In this document: positions 34,731 to 43,661 of the stretch, in pieces
Position numbering within the stretch: the stretch's first letter is position 1
Layout: each line of letters opens with the position of its first letter
Assembly (NCBI GenBank): GCA_964640195.1
Contig: CAZXIC010000003.1
Span: 20,438 to 84,437 of the forward strand
Direction of reading: 5' to 3'
Source of the DNA: an uncultured archaeon
Lineage (GTDB): Archaea; Iainarchaeota; Iainarchaeia; Iainarchaeales; GCA-2688035
Length of the DNA stretch: 64,000 bases
The notes under the pieces: generated by a model
Database searches by the model: none
What the model was told of the DNA's origin: nothing
The model's input: the letters and a program-made list of their open reading frames with translations, nothing else
Made by a program: the position numbers and the translations under genes

Positions 34731-35216
34731 ATGCAATTGTACGAAAGTGCTTTCGGGATAAAGTTTTCAAGGCGAAGCGTGCTGCTTCTGGCTTTTCTCG
34801 CGGTTTTCCCGAACCTTCTCGGGATGATTGTGCTGCCAACCCCTTTTGGGTTCAAGTTCCACCTGTTCCAGATACTGATTTTCCTTGCGGCGCTGCTTTA
34901 CGGGAAATATGGGGGGGCGACAGCAGGGGCATTCGGCAGCATTTACACTGCAATCGCATTGAACAACCCCTACATTGTCGTTGGAAACATAATCCTCGGG
35001 TTTTTCACCGGGGTTTTCGCAAAAAGGACAAAAATAGTTTTTGCTGTGCTTGGGGCATACGCAATACAGGTTCCGTGGCTCTACTTCACTGATTTGCTCG
35101 CTGGAATGGCCGAGCCGGTTGTGAGGGGCGCAATTGTTGCACTGCTGTTCAGCAACATTGTCTGGGCAGTTATCGCAGGGCTAACTTATAAAAGAATTCG
35201 CAGCCTAATTCAATAG
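34731..35216 (+). CDS. Membrane protein, ECF-transporter S-component-like (tentative)
   Basis: About 5-6 TM helices, 161 aa, Gly-rich helices (GGATAGAFGSIYTAI). Confidence 0.4.
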   Translation: MQLYESAFGIKFSRRSVLLLAFLAVFPNLLGMIVLPTPFGFKFHLFQILIFLAALLYGKYGGATAGAFGSIYTAIALNNPYIVVGNIILGFFTGVFAKRTKIVFAVLGAYAIQVPWLYFTDLLAGMAEPVVRGAIVALLFSNIVWAVIAGLTYKRIRSLIQ

Positions 35217-35244
35217 TTCAACCACTTCCCAGAGAAGATGAAAA

Positions 35245-35916
35245 ATGGCGCTTAGGCTGGTTTTCCTCGGACCGCCCGGGGCAGGAAAGGGGACAATTGC
35301 CCAGAGACTGTCGGACAGATACGGCTTGGTGCAGATTGCAACTGGCGATTTGCTGAGGGAGGAGGCAAAAAAGCAAACAGTGCAGGGGAGGAAAATAAGG
35401 GAGCTGATTGATTCTGGGAAGTATGTAGAGGACGAAATAGCCGCAAAGCTGGTTGAAGACAGGCTTGCCGAACTTGGCAAGGAAAAGGGGTTTATTCTGG
35501 ACGGCTTTCCCAGGACAATCAAGCAGGCTGAACTGCTGCAGGAAAGCCTTGGCAAACTGCATCTGCAGTTGGACGCTGCACTTGACATTGAGGCAAGCGA
35601 TGAGACAATCATTGAAAGGCTGGGTGCAAGGGTGCAGTGCAGCAAGTGCGGCAGGATTTACAACCTGAGGAACATTCCGCCAAAAGACAAGGGGAAATGC
35701 GACGCGTGCAGTGGCACCCTGGTGCACAGAGAAGATGACAGGCCGAGCGTGGTAAAGATGCGGCTTGAAACATACAGGCGAAAGACAAAGCCTTTAATTG
35801 ATTTTTACGAGGAAAGGGGCTTGCTGAAAGTGGTTGATGCGAACGCCGGCCTGCAGGAAAACATGCAGAATGTTGAAAAAGCTTTAAGCGAATTAAAGAA
35901 AGGGAAAAACAATTGA
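35245..35916 (+). CDS. adk: Adenylate kinase, bacterial-type with a zinc-lid
   Basis: P-loop GPPGAGKGT, GFILDGFPRT, lid CSKCGRIYN...CDACSG. Confidence 0.9.
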   Translation: MALRLVFLGPPGAGKGTIAQRLSDRYGLVQIATGDLLREEAKKQTVQGRKIRELIDSGKYVEDEIAAKLVEDRLAELGKEKGFILDGFPRTIKQAELLQESLGKLHLQLDAALDIEASDETIIERLGARVQCSKCGRIYNLRNIPPKDKGKCDACSGTLVHREDDRPSVVKMRLETYRRKTKPLIDFYEERGLLKVVDANAGLQENMQNVEKALSELKKGKNN

Positions 35917-35936
35917 ATTAAAAATGGGTGTTTTTC

Positions 35937-36839
35937 ATGGTTGACTGCGTTATAGTTGGAACGGTTGCATTTGACTCAATCAAAACGCCTTTCGGCTCTG
36001 TTGAGAGAACCCTGGGCGGGAGCGCAGTATATGCGGGAATCGCTGCATCACTCTTCTCAAAGCCGGGCATTGTAAGCGTTGTGGGAAAGGATTTCCCTGC
36101 AGGGCACATCCAGCTGCTGAAAAGCAAGGGCATTGACACAGCCGGAATTGCAGAGGCGGAAGGGAAAACCTTCAGCTGGAAAGGCGAGTACGGCCTTGAC
36201 ATCAATGCTGCAAAAACACTGCAAACTGATTTGAACGTATTGCAGCACTTTGAGCCAACGCTTCCGGAAGGGTACAAAAAAGCGGAATTCCTTTTCCTCG
36301 GCAACCTTGACCCAGAACTGCAGTTAAAGGTTTTGGGGCAGGCGCGCAAGACAAAGCTTGTGATAGCGGACACAATGGACTACTGGATTGAAAGTAAGCG
36401 GGAAAAGGTGCTTGAGATTGCAAGGAAAGCAGACATCTGCCTTATGAATGATGCGGAAGCCAGGCTGCTGTTCAAGACTCCTAATCTTGTGCAGGCAGCG
36501 AAGAAAATCCTGGAACTGGACAGCAATCTCGCGATAATAAAAAAGGGCGAGCACGGCTCACTGCTCTGCACCAAGCTTGGATGCTTTGTCGCCCCAGCCT
36601 ATCCCCTGGAAAACGTAATCGACCCCACCGGCTGCGGCGACTCTTTCGCCGGGGCAATGGTTGGCTTCCTCGCAAGGCAGGGCAAAGTCAATGAGCAGCT
36701 GATGAGGAAGGCGATAATCTACGGCAGCGCTGTTGCGTCATTCAACGCAGGGGGAATGGGCCTTGAGAAAATGAAGGCTGTTTCGCTGGATGATATTAAT
36801 AAAAGGTTTGGGGAATTCAAGGAAATTGTGAGGTTTTGA
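35937..36839 (+). CDS. PfkB-family sugar/nucleoside kinase
   Basis: GGSAVYAG and DPTGCGDSFAGAMVGFLA (PfkB signature 2). Confidence 0.8.
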   Translation: MVDCVIVGTVAFDSIKTPFGSVERTLGGSAVYAGIAASLFSKPGIVSVVGKDFPAGHIQLLKSKGIDTAGIAEAEGKTFSWKGEYGLDINAAKTLQTDLNVLQHFEPTLPEGYKKAEFLFLGNLDPELQLKVLGQARKTKLVIADTMDYWIESKREKVLEIARKADICLMNDAEARLLFKTPNLVQAAKKILELDSNLAIIKKGEHGSLLCTKLGCFVAPAYPLENVIDPTGCGDSFAGAMVGFLARQGKVNEQLMRKAIIYGSAVASFNAGGMGLEKMKAVSLDDINKRFGEFKEIVRF

Positions 36840-36840
36840 T

Positions 36841-38094
36841 ATGGCGTTTGAAGTAAAGGACGTGAAGCTGGCAGGGCAGGGGAAGATGAAGATAGATTAT
36901 GCTGCAGAGCAGATGCCTGCGCTGCTGCGGATAAGGGAACGGTTTGCAAAGGAAAAGCCCCTGAAGGGCATTACTGTCGGAATGGCGCTGCACGTCACAA
37001 AGGAAACAGCAAACCTTGTTAGGACTCTGACAGCAGGCGGTGCGTCTGTCGCAATCACCGGCTGCAATCCCCTGAGCACGCAGGATGACGTTGCGGCAGC
37101 GCTTGCAAAGGAAGGCGTGAACGTCTTTGCCTACAAGGGCGAAACAAGGAAAGACTATTACAGGTACTTGAACAAGGTGCTGGATTTTAAGCCGAATGTA
37201 ACTGTTGACGACGGCTGCGACCTCATCAGCGAAATCCATTCAAAGAGGCAAGAACTGCTGCCCAGCCTTATTGTTGGGACAGAGGAAACGACAACAGGCA
37301 TTATCCGCCTGAGGGCAATGGAAAAGGACAAGGCGCTGCGCTACCCCATTATCGCAGTTAACGACAACAAGACAAAGCACCTGTTTGACAATTTTTTGGG
37401 GACTGCGCAGAGCACGCTTGACGGAATACTGCGCTGCACCAACTTGTTATTTGCGGGCAAGAGGGTTGTTGTCTGCGGCTACGGCGACTGCGGCAGGGGC
37501 GTTGCATTGAAAGCAAGGGGCTTGGGGGCAAATGTTATCGTGTGCGAAGTGGATGCAGTGAAGGCACTGCAAGCATGGGGCGACGGTTACAGTGTAATGC
37601 CGATTGCGGAAGCGGCAAAGGTGGGGGATGTTTTCATCACGGTTACCGGCGACAAACGCGTTATAAGGATGGAGCATGTAAAGGGGATGAAAAACGGCGT
37701 TATACTTGCCAATGCAGGGCACTTTGACGTCGAAATAGATGTTGCTGCTCTGCACAGGGAAGCAGAGGGCAAGAGAAGAATCAGGTGGCAGCTGGACGAA
37801 TACGTTCTGCCGAGCGGGAAAAAGGTTTACCTGTGCGCTGAAGGCAGGCTTGTTAACCTTGCTGCAGCTGAAGGGCACCCAAGCGAGGTAATGGATTTAA
37901 GCTTCTGCGGTCAGGCGCTTGCAATTGAATACGGGGTAAAGAACAAAGGGAAGCTGCTACCAGGAGTGCACTTGCTGCCGCAACAACTTGACCACAAGAT
38001 TGCGGAGCTGAAGCTCAAGGCAATGGGGATAAGGAAGGACGAGCTGACAGCGGAGCAGAAAAAGTATCTCAGCTCCTGGAAAGAGGGAACCTAA
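36841..38094 (+). CDS. ahcY: Adenosylhomocysteinase
   Basis: EETTTG, NDNKTKHLFDN, GYGDCGRGVA, NAGHFDVEID. Confidence 0.95.
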   Translation: MAFEVKDVKLAGQGKMKIDYAAEQMPALLRIRERFAKEKPLKGITVGMALHVTKETANLVRTLTAGGASVAITGCNPLSTQDDVAAALAKEGVNVFAYKGETRKDYYRYLNKVLDFKPNVTVDDGCDLISEIHSKRQELLPSLIVGTEETTTGIIRLRAMEKDKALRYPIIAVNDNKTKHLFDNFLGTAQSTLDGILRCTNLLFAGKRVVVCGYGDCGRGVALKARGLGANVIVCEVDAVKALQAWGDGYSVMPIAEAAKVGDVFITVTGDKRVIRMEHVKGMKNGVILANAGHFDVEIDVAALHREAEGKRRIRWQLDEYVLPSGKKVYLCAEGRLVNLAAAEGHPSEVMDLSFCGQALAIEYGVKNKGKLLPGVHLLPQQLDHKIAELKLKAMGIRKDELTAEQKKYLSSWKEGT

Positions 38095-38113
38095 CTTACT
38101 GTGCAGCGGACAA

Positions 38114-38824
38114 TCACTTCATTGCCTCCCACAGCACCTGCTCCCTTGGCTTTACCGCAATGCCCTTGTTTGTTATTTCAAAGGGGTGCACGTTTTTGCT
38201 GTGGGCGGTGCCCCGCATTTTTCTGACGAAAATGCTTCTGTGGGGCGGAATGAAGTATAGGGCGATTACGCCGTCGGCAACAAATTCCTCGATACCGAAG
38301 GCGCTGAACTCTGTTCTTCCCTCCCTGGTTTCTGCGGTGAAGACTGTTGTGCAGTCCAGTTCCTTCAACCCGTCCAAGAGTTCAAACAACTTTGGCCTGA
38401 ATTCCGTGCGCTCCATCCACACTGCAAATGCAGTCGTTGAGTCAATAACAAGGCGCTTTGCGCCCATCTCGTTAACTGTTTTGGCAACCAGGTCAAGCTC
38501 TTCGTTTATTTTGTCCACAACCGCTTTTGCGTCCCTCGCATAACCCAGATTCATCTTGTAGATGTTCATCAGCTTTTTTTCCTGCAGGGGCTGAATGTCC
38601 CAGTCAAAGCTCTGCATGTCCCAGCTGATTGCCTTCATATTGCTTTCAATCGTTACAAAGACGCCGGGCTCAGCGAACTGCCTTGCCCCCTCATAAATGT
38701 ACTGCATGCTCAGAATGCTTTTCCCTGTGCCATTTGCTCCGCTGAGCAGAACACTGCTGCCCTCTGGCAGGCCACCTTCAAGCAGCTGGTCAAGGCCGAG
38801 GATGCCTGTCTGGACGCGCCGCAT
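38114..38824 (-). CDS. KaiC-like / RecA-superfamily ATPase (single domain)
   Basis: TGILGLDQLLEGGLPEGSSVLLSGANGTGKSILSMQYIYEGA, LVIDSTT. Confidence 0.85.
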   Translation of the reverse strand: MRRVQTGILGLDQLLEGGLPEGSSVLLSGANGTGKSILSMQYIYEGARQFAEPGVFVTIESNMKAISWDMQSFDWDIQPLQEKKLMNIYKMNLGYARDAKAVVDKINEELDLVAKTVNEMGAKRLVIDSTTAFAVWMERTEFRPKLFELLDGLKELDCTTVFTAETREGRTEFSAFGIEEFVADGVIALYFIPPHRSIFVRKMRGTAHSKNVHPFEITNKGIAVKPREQVLWEAMK

Positions 38825-38936
38825 AGCAAAAAACCTAAAATATATTGGTTATTGTTATTAAAACGTTTTTCTCTTCCCCCCCCTGCAAGGGCAGGAAGAA
38901 AAGCATTAAATACAGTAAGCGCCCCTATTTTTTGTT

Positions 38937-39659
38937 ATGCCTGACATGCCTTCAAACAACGCTGAGCAGCATCCGCAAGGCATGCAGGAAAAGGTTGATT
39001 TGGTTGACCTCATAGAGCAGCCTGCCTGGAAAACGATCCTGATTGATTTGGTTAAAAGCGAACGAATGAACCCCTGGGACATTGACCTGGTTGAACTGGC
39101 GGAAAAGTACTGGCAGAAAATCCAGAACATGGAGAGGAGCAGCCTGAGGATTCCTGCAAACGCAATCCTCGCATCTGCTATCTTGCTCAAGCTAAAGGCA
39201 AGGACAATCAAGCTCAGCAGCATTGAGGAGGAGGAAGAGGAAACAAAGGAAATAAGCCAGGAAGAGATGGCGATGATTGAAGAAAGCATTCCGGAGCTGA
39301 GGGGCCAGAGGCAGTTCAGGGAGGGAAAGATAACGCTGGACGAGCTGGTTGTTTCAATTGAGCGGATTCTGCTGAAAACAAAGCAGAGGCAGTCAATCCT
39401 GAGGCAGAAGGAAATCCCTGAATTCAAGTTCTTCCTGGAAGAGAAAAACATCGAGCAGAAAATAGAGGAGGTTTACAGCAGGATAAAGGAAAGGTGTGAC
39501 AGCCAGGGGCTTGTTACCTTCACTGCATTGCTGGACAAGCGCACGCCCCTGGAAATGGTTGAGTGCTTCATTCCACTGCTGTTCCTTGTGAATGGGGGAA
39601 AGCTGAACGCCTGGCAGGAGGAATGGTTCGGCGAAATAATGATTAGCATAGTGAAATAG
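38937..39659 (+). CDS. scpA: Segregation and condensation protein A (kleisin)
   Basis: MNPWDIDLVELAEKYWQKI and the C-terminal winged helix CFIPLLFLVNGGKL. Confidence 0.8.
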   Translation: MPDMPSNNAEQHPQGMQEKVDLVDLIEQPAWKTILIDLVKSERMNPWDIDLVELAEKYWQKIQNMERSSLRIPANAILASAILLKLKARTIKLSSIEEEEEETKEISQEEMAMIEESIPELRGQRQFREGKITLDELVVSIERILLKTKQRQSILRQKEIPEFKFFLEEKNIEQKIEEVYSRIKERCDSQGLVTFTALLDKRTPLEMVECFIPLLFLVNGGKLNAWQEEWFGEIMISIVK

Positions 39660-39696
39660 TAGGTTTTTAAACTCTTGCTGCCATATTATTAGTAAT

Positions 39697-41142
39697 ATGG
39701 GGGATGAAAAGGGAGCTAAGACCTTAGAGAAATTAATTAAGCGGATTGAGGAAAGCAAGGAAATCTCTGAGGTAAACAAAAAGCTTATTCTTGAGTATGA
39801 TGCTGAGAGGGAAGCCCAGGGCATTGGGGCAAACGGTAAGGTGCCTTCAAGCAGGATTCACTTCATGAGAATTGTTTTTCTTTTGAATGACAAACTCAAA
39901 AAGCCTTTTAAGAAAATGACAAAGCAGGAGCTGATAGCTTTTGTTAATGAGCTGGGAAAGATGAAGAAAAAGAACTACGGCAAGGCCCTGGAATTAAAGC
40001 AGTTGACCGCGAGTAAAGGCGAAATTACATCCCCGGAAGTAAGGGAACACTTTGACATCAACCGCTTTTATTCAAGAGTCCTGATGAACAATATTGCGAA
40101 GGAATGTCCCGAGGACTTCAAGCTCAAGCTAGGCAGAACAGCTCCGCATCCCAGGCCACACACGCTGACCTTTATCGGAAAAAATGCCAAGAAATTTAGG
40201 GCGGAAGAGAAGCAGCGCTATTCCGAGAAGTCAATCAACACTTTCAAGTCGCAGCTTAAATGCTTCTTCAAATGGCTGGATAAGGAAGACATCATTAGTT
40301 GGATTAAAATCGGCAGAGACCGGTCAAAGCTCCCGAAGGATATTTATTTCCCGGCGGAAATTCTTAATCTGATCAAGGCCGAGAACAACATCAGGAACAA
40401 GACCATTATTTCTGTTTTATATGAGAGCGGTGCCAGGGCTGCAGAGTTCCTTGGCCTGAATATCGGAAGCTTGAAGCGCGACAAGTACTCTTACATGGTC
40501 GTGGTAAGCGGCAAGACAGGGGACAGGCCAATAAGGCTGATTAAATCAATTCCATACATTACCCAATGGCTTGCGGTTCATCCCTTTAAGGATGATCCCA
40601 ATGCCCCCTTATGGGTTTCAAGCTCAACGAGAAGCCCTGACAAGGCAAGGCTTGATGAGAACAACCTAAACAGGCTGCTCAAAAGATCGTCAAGACAGGC
40701 CGGCTTCAAGAAGAACATTTACCCGCACCTGATGCGGCACAGCAGGCTTACAGAGCTTGCAAAGACTTTGACTGAGAGCGAGTTAAGGCTTTTTGCTGGC
40801 TGGGGAAAGGATTCTGACATGGTTGAAACCTACGTGCACCTGTCGCACAGGGATCTCGATAAAGCAATTCTGAGGCAGGAAGGCCTGCTCGAGGAAGAGG
40901 AAGATGTGGATGTCTTAAAGCCAAAGACCTGCGAAATATGCGGAAAGCAGAATTCTCCAACAGACAAATTCTGCCTGCAATGCGCAACACCGCTGGACAT
41001 AAGAACAGCATTGGAGCTGGACAAGCAGCAAGAGCTAATGAGCAGCGGAAGGGAAAGAATCGAGCTGATGGCATTGAAAGAGGGCCTGGAAAAGATGATG
41101 CAAAAAATGAATGCGATGGAGCAGAGGCAGATTAAGGCATAA
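39697..41142 (+). CDS. Tyrosine recombinase/integrase with a C-terminal zinc ribbon and coiled coil
   Basis: Catalytic pattern ESGARAAE ... HLMRHSR ... GW ... ETYVH. CEICGK...CLQC after the catalytic domain. Confidence 0.85.
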   Translation: MGDEKGAKTLEKLIKRIEESKEISEVNKKLILEYDAEREAQGIGANGKVPSSRIHFMRIVFLLNDKLKKPFKKMTKQELIAFVNELGKMKKKNYGKALELKQLTASKGEITSPEVREHFDINRFYSRVLMNNIAKECPEDFKLKLGRTAPHPRPHTLTFIGKNAKKFRAEEKQRYSEKSINTFKSQLKCFFKWLDKEDIISWIKIGRDRSKLPKDIYFPAEILNLIKAENNIRNKTIISVLYESGARAAEFLGLNIGSLKRDKYSYMVVVSGKTGDRPIRLIKSIPYITQWLAVHPFKDDPNAPLWVSSSTRSPDKARLDENNLNRLLKRSSRQAGFKKNIYPHLMRHSRLTELAKTLTESELRLFAGWGKDSDMVETYVHLSHRDLDKAILRQEGLLEEEEDVDVLKPKTCEICGKQNSPTDKFCLQCATPLDIRTALELDKQQELMSSGRERIELMALKEGLEKMMQKMNAMEQRQIKA

Positions 41143-41143
41143 A

Positions 41144-41803
41144 TCACAAATTTTTATCTTGCAGGTAGTGCAGCATCAAGTGGTTCCCTGACAGGCGAAT
41201 CCATCTTATAAATTCATTTACCTCAGATGCAAACTTAGCCCTCTGCTTCCTTTTGAGTTTCTTCGCGAGTTTTCTTTCGTTCACCAGCAGGTAGTCTATA
41301 AAGTAATCGCCAACAGTGCTCAAATTAAACTCCGTGTCTAATGACTTTTTGTACTTGGCCCAATCACTTATTTCCTTATTCCCGCAGTGGTCTTTGCGCC
41401 ATAACGGATGCCTTGCAATCGTCTGCAGGTATGGCCTGACAAGATTGGGAAGCTCCTTAAACTCTTCGACAACGTGCTTGAATTCGCCGTCAGTATATCC
41501 TTTCTTTATAATCATTTTTCCAAAAACAAATTCCGGATTTATATCATAAACAGCTCCGGGTTTGCGGCCAATGTATTTTTTTTCAGGAAGTTTAACGATA
41601 AGGCCTTCTGTTTCCAATTTTGTCTTTATTTTTGAAACGCGTCCTTTCGAGTACTTGGTTTCTTCTCTTATTTCCCGCTGGGTTTTGAGCTTTTCCGCTA
41701 TGCAAAGAAACACCTCTTTTGACTGCTCGTGAGTCCAGATATTTGATTCGTAATCATTCTTGCGTTTTTTCTTTGATTTTTTCCTTGTAGATGTTTTTTT
41801 CAT
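41144..41803 (-). CDS. wHTH protein of the element
   Basis: TQREIREETKYSKGRVSKIKTKLETEGLIVKL. Basic N-terminus. Confidence 0.45.
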   Translation of the reverse strand: MKKTSTRKKSKKKRKNDYESNIWTHEQSKEVFLCIAEKLKTQREIREETKYSKGRVSKIKTKLETEGLIVKLPEKKYIGRKPGAVYDINPEFVFGKMIIKKGYTDGEFKHVVEEFKELPNLVRPYLQTIARHPLWRKDHCGNKEISDWAKYKKSLDTEFNLSTVGDYFIDYLLVNERKLAKKLKRKQRAKFASEVNEFIRWIRLSGNHLMLHYLQDKNL

Positions 41804-41891
41804 ATGGGTTACCTCAAACAGGTGTATTACGGTAACTCTTATATAGAAGCCTATTTAAACATATTTATCGATATGTATGGGAAAAAAATTA

Positions 41892-42023
41892 ATGACTATT
41901 AGCGGAGAAGAAAGGGACCTGTCCCTTATTCGAAAGTATTGTACTGAGCACGGGCGAATTATTTCAGCCTTCATGGTCGATTCAGCAGTCCAAAAAATAA
42001 GAGAAGAGGCTGGTGAAACATGA
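41892..42023 (+). CDS. Unlisted 43-aa ORF
   Basis: Read manually: MTISGEERDLSLIRKYCTEHGRIISAFMVDSAVQKIREEAGET. ATGA overlap with the next small ORF. Confidence 0.25.
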   Translation: MTISGEERDLSLIRKYCTEHGRIISAFMVDSAVQKIREEAGET

Positions 42024-42184
42024 AGGAAAACGCGAAGGTCTGCGAGAGTTGCGGCCAGCCGATTGAAACACTCGAAGAACTTGAAAAGCGGGTTGGCCAA
42101 CCAATGGTTTTTTTGTTTAAAGAATATGAACGCTGGAAGGAATTGAAAGAAAAAGGGGAAAAGAGAGATGAACAGACTGACTGA
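42020..42184 (+). CDS. Unlisted 54-aa ORF with a CxxC
   Basis: MKENAKVCESCGQPIETLEELEKRVGQPMVFLFKEYERWKELKEKGEKRDEQTD. Confidence 0.25.
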   Translation: MKENAKVCESCGQPIETLEELEKRVGQPMVFLFKEYERWKELKEKGEKRDEQTD

Positions 42185-42204
42185 CAGACCGGGAAGTGAG
42201 CTAG

Positions 42205-42408
42205 TTGGATTTGCCTTTTGAAGAATTCAAGGATAAGAGAGTCAGGCTGCTGACTACTGATTTTGGCCATGACTTAACATATACTGGGAAAATCATTCGG
42301 GTAACAGATACTCACATCTGGTTTATCGACAAGTTCAACAGACCCTATGTTTTCGCGATCGTTGCAATTAAAAAGGTAGAACTGCAGAGGAGCGATTGCG
42401 ATGAGTGA
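42205..42408 (+). CDS. Small beta-rich (Sm/SH3-like?) protein
   Basis: KRVRLLTTDFGHDLTYTGKIIRVTDTHIWFIDKFNRPYVFAIVAIKKVEL. A counterpart sits at 57451..57669 in the second element. Confidence 0.35.
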   Translation: MDLPFEEFKDKRVRLLTTDFGHDLTYTGKIIRVTDTHIWFIDKFNRPYVFAIVAIKKVELQRSDCDE

Positions 42409-43519
42409 AACCGATGACGAGAACACGATAGAGCTGCTGAACAAGCAACTGAACACTGTTTCTGCGCTGCGCAAGCTTACCTTTTTCGAGATCGAGCAGC
42501 CCAAGGGAACATTCTGCATGCGGCCGCAGCTGCATGTATTAATTGTCAAGCCTTTCGGCATGATCAAGTCTGGCAACATACAGCAGTTTGAGGAAGTGCT
42601 GAAGGATGATGTTGTTATAAGGGATGAGCTGACAAAGCCCGCAATACTCGGCACCATCTCAAAGGACAAAACATATGTGGCCGGCCTGCCTGGGGAGATA
42701 GGCGGAAAGGTTCTCGTGCTTGACGAGTTCAACAACATCGAGGCTTTCGGCCAGAAGGCTCTTTTAGGGATTCTTGAGAACCAGCGGATCAACAGGCAGC
42801 TGGGCTTTGCTGTTTCCGAGCCACAAACAATCCGGCCGAACGAGTGGACTGATTTAAGCGTTACTAACGGGAGCATTGAAGGAACCGTGAATTTCTCGTG
42901 CATAGCCTTCGCCATGTTTTACCCGAAGCCAAAAAATAATTCCTTGTTCGAGGAGAACCCACAATCGCTTTTGGGCCTCAAGTCAAGGTTCTGCCCCAAC
43001 TTCAGCTGCCCCGAGCACAGCGAGCTCATGGATGCTTTGCGTGGCGGGCAGGCCTTCAAGCTCAAGTATTACGGCCTGCCAGTGCGCCGGGTTTTCATTG
43101 AGAAGGATGCCTACTCGCAGTACATCGATTTCTACGCCAAGTTCACTGAAAGGTTTGTGGACACGATTCTGGAAAAGGACCAGGTAGGTTTCCTTACGCG
43201 GGTCAGCTCCGACATCCTCAGGTTTGCTGCGCACGAGGTAATGGACAGGGACTCCCCGCAGAATACAATGCTGAAGATCTCTGATGCAGGCGTCTTAATC
43301 GACCAGGCCGAGAAATGGACTGAGGAGCTACTGAAACAGTACATGTACGAGGAAAGGGCAGGCACTTACGAGGAGTTTGCCAAGCTGTACAACGAGAGGC
43401 CGAACGAGGCCAATCGGCTCTATGCCCAGAGGCTCAACAAAAGCATCAGGCAGATTCAGCGCTGGAAGAAAAGGCTGGCGGAAACGCAGCTGGTCGTTGA
43501 AAGGGATGTGGTAACATGA
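42401..43519 (+). CDS. MCM-like AAA+ ATPase lacking the MCM N-terminal domain, with a divergent P-loop
   Basis: LHVLIVKPFGMIKS resembles IHVLLVGDPGTAKS. VLVLDEFNNI resembles CCIDEFDKM. LLGILENQRI resembles IHEAMEQQTI. LLGLKSRF resembles LLSRFDL. Confidence 0.55.
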   Translation: MSETDDENTIELLNKQLNTVSALRKLTFFEIEQPKGTFCMRPQLHVLIVKPFGMIKSGNIQQFEEVLKDDVVIRDELTKPAILGTISKDKTYVAGLPGEIGGKVLVLDEFNNIEAFGQKALLGILENQRINRQLGFAVSEPQTIRPNEWTDLSVTNGSIEGTVNFSCIAFAMFYPKPKNNSLFEENPQSLLGLKSRFCPNFSCPEHSELMDALRGGQAFKLKYYGLPVRRVFIEKDAYSQYIDFYAKFTERFVDTILEKDQVGFLTRVSSDILRFAAHEVMDRDSPQNTMLKISDAGVLIDQAEKWTEELLKQYMYEERAGTYEEFAKLYNERPNEANRLYAQRLNKSIRQIQRWKKRLAETQLVVERDVVT

Positions 43520-43661
43520 CACTACATGACGCCCCATGGCACACTTTGTCACCCGTGACATTCCCCAGAATACAGAGAAGGGCGACAGCTACAACTACAA
43601 CCTCTATAAATACGCAGATGTCACGGTGTCATCATACGACAGGGCGTGACAGACCATGACA
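43514..43661. repeat. Cluster of GTGACA/TGTCAC and ATGAC iterons, including the palindrome TGTCACccGTGACA (43547-43560)
   Basis: At least seven copies within about 150 nt, immediately downstream of the MCM-like gene. A TATA-like ctataaata lies at 43603-43611. Confidence 0.5.

Noticed and set aside
35205-35727. Two overlapping minus-strand ORFs (146 and 169 aa)
   Set aside because: They are antisense to adenylate kinase, which has unambiguous P-loop and lid motifs.
39697-41142. Interpreting the 481-aa tyrosine recombinase as the chromosomal XerA dimer-resolution enzyme
   Set aside because: It is much longer than typical XerA and carries an extra zinc ribbon and coiled coil. Virus- or plasmid-type genes follow it directly, in the same arrangement as the tRNA-Ser-linked integrase. 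A mobile-element integrase is more likely, though this is not proven.
42274-42915. 213-aa minus-strand ORF
   Set aside because: It is antisense to the MCM-like gene and the small upstream ORF. Low-complexity translation.
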